Part shown: positions 62,419 through 64,000 of the stretch, piece by piece
Layout: every line of letters starts with the position of its first letter
Position numbering within the stretch: position 1 is the stretch's first letter
Assembly: GCA_964035545.1 (NCBI GenBank)
Contig: OZ037766.1
Span: 22,370,767 to 22,434,766, forward strand
DNA: 64,000 nucleotides
Direction: 5' to 3'
From: Bugula neritina
Taxonomy: Eukaryota; Animalia; Bryozoa
Program-made: the position numbers and the translations under genes
Notes under the pieces: model-generated
What the model was told of the DNA's origin: nothing
Database searches by the model: none
The model's input: only the letters and a program-made list of their open reading frames with translations

Positions 62419-63922
62419 ATGGGTAAAGGATTCCATAATTACATGTCAAAGAAGTTTTTCCATCCTGGCAGCTTCGAAAATATAAAAAAAGTATGGATGG
62501 CTCAACAAAAAGATGAACACAAGAAGCGTTCTGAAGAGGAGACTCTTGCTCAATATCAGAAGGAGCAAGAGATATATCAGGTATGAGAAAATTATATTTT
62601 TTTGCGGTTTGTGTTTTAAACTTGCTGAGCCAAGTTAATGAATGCTTAGGCTCTTTTTGGGTCGTTTGTTGATAAATGTATAAACTAGTTAGCCTCAATT
62701 TAAGATTGACGATGTATATCTTCTCGTTTCTTTAGAACAGAGCCTTGTTGGGTGATGAAAAAGCTAAGTTAGGATTAAACTTCATGTATGACCCACCGCA
62801 AGGTGTTAAGAGAGATCGTGAGAAGGAAGAGAACGAACCAGAGTACAAGTTTGAATGGCAAAGACAATATAATGCTCCGAGAGAAAACTATGCCAAAGGT
62901 AAGCAAGTATAATATACCACTAATAGTTGCTATAACCTTTATCTTTTTACTGTGAGTTGAACATGACAATGTAACGGCATACGTGCAGCACACATTGCAG
63001 ATGTTTTACACAACTACTTGAGACTTGTGCATGAGCATAGTTGTTGTGTTAATAGAAATTCACATTTCAATAGTTTCAAGCAATTGAACAAACAATTATC
63101 TTTTATGCTTGCATCATTGCTGAGCAGCTACAGTTTTTTTAATTGGACGATAGAGTTGTATTCTTTGCTGTGCTTTGAATTGAATATTTTTTACAGTTCA
63201 GCAAAAACAAGTATGCGTGACGAAGTGCATACTTTCAAGTGAATTATGTTACAGGTGATGACACTGTACGAGATCAGCCCTTTGGCATAGAAGTTAGGAA
63301 TGTGAGATGCCTAAAGTGTAGGAAATGGGGCCACATCAACACAGACAAAATCTGCCCCCTCTTTGGCAGCTCTATTACAGCTGAGCCACCACCAGCTGCT
63401 GGGAGTAACCCTGGTGAGTTGATGGAGCAGATGGCTGAGGAGGGATTAGCTTTCACTAAGAAAGTGATGAGTAGACAGAATGACCCAAGTGCTGCCAACC
63501 AGCAGCTAGTGCATGCTGAGGCTGACGCTGACGAAGAAGTAGGTCAACTTCTTGTATGAGTTTTTATTTTTCAAATTTTATTTTTGAGACAAAATATCTG
63601 TCAGGATAACATAGCTTCCATTATCTATCTTTACCACTTGTTGTCATTGTGCTGTAATTTCATGTATTTTACGAGCACAAAACCTACTAATAATGGAGGA
63701 TTGTTTTATAACAATTCTAAACTTAACAATTGCAGATTGCCTTCTTTCTCAGTCTATCAAGGAAAGAAAAAAAGAAACTGATTAAAAAATTAGAAAAGGA
63801 AAAGAAAAAAAGAAAGAAGGCTAGGAGACGAGAAAGAAAGATTAAGGGAGCAGCTTTCAGAGAAAAACAGGAAAATGAAATTGGTGGAGCTACTAAGCCC
63901 GTGGAAGAGGCTGCTGGAAAAG
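62419..63922 (+). CDS. CIR1: Corepressor interacting with RBPJ 1 (CIR1), 5' part; exons 62419-62580, 62736-62898, 63255-63538, 63736-63922; continues off the right edge
   Basis: [31 protein letters not shown] (Cir_N), [50 protein letters not shown] (zinc knuckle) and a Lys-rich tail. Phases are consistent. Confidence 0.95.
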
Positions 63923-64000
63923 GTAAATATTGTACTGTTCATTCATCATTTCAGTTCTCAGTAATGTGGTAGTTTTCTAATATTTCTTTGTATGCTTCAA

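Noticed and set aside
2349-63922. Functional Notch/Wnt gene cluster (ADAM17, CIR1, TIKI, TMEM67), and a PTDSS1-ADAM17 phosphatidylserine link
   Set aside because: Thematic coincidence is likely in a gene-dense genome. Nothing in the sequence shows co-regulation, and conserved synteny would be needed to support it.

Overview
AT-rich, intron-dense eukaryotic DNA, apparently from an invertebrate animal; the taxon cannot be determined from this window alone. I walked the GT-AG junctions by hand and recovered eight protein-coding genes with consistent reading phases: TMEM67/meckelin (-, first two exons only), an ADAM17-like sheddase (+), PTDSS1 (-), HEATR4-like (+), TIKI/TRABD2 (+), IQCK (-), an intronless ANAPC13 (+) and CIR1 (+, runs off the right end). 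Introns carry several non-autonomous DNA transposons (one nested pair), SINE-like and RTE-like remnants, and minisatellites. Main observations: (1) ANAPC13 stops 25 nt before the CIR1 ATG in what looks like one exon. There is no ATG in any frame between the two starts, and a 4-codon uORF overlaps the ANAPC13 start, so this is a candidate animal bicistronic locus. (2) Degenerate tracts of A[C/G]T with a period of about 6 nt flank all three divergent promoters. (3) Five tandem repeats duplicate real splice sites. (4) The ADAM17-like protein has lost its cysteine switch and appears to have lost two disulfide pairs together, while gaining a Cys-containing insert.
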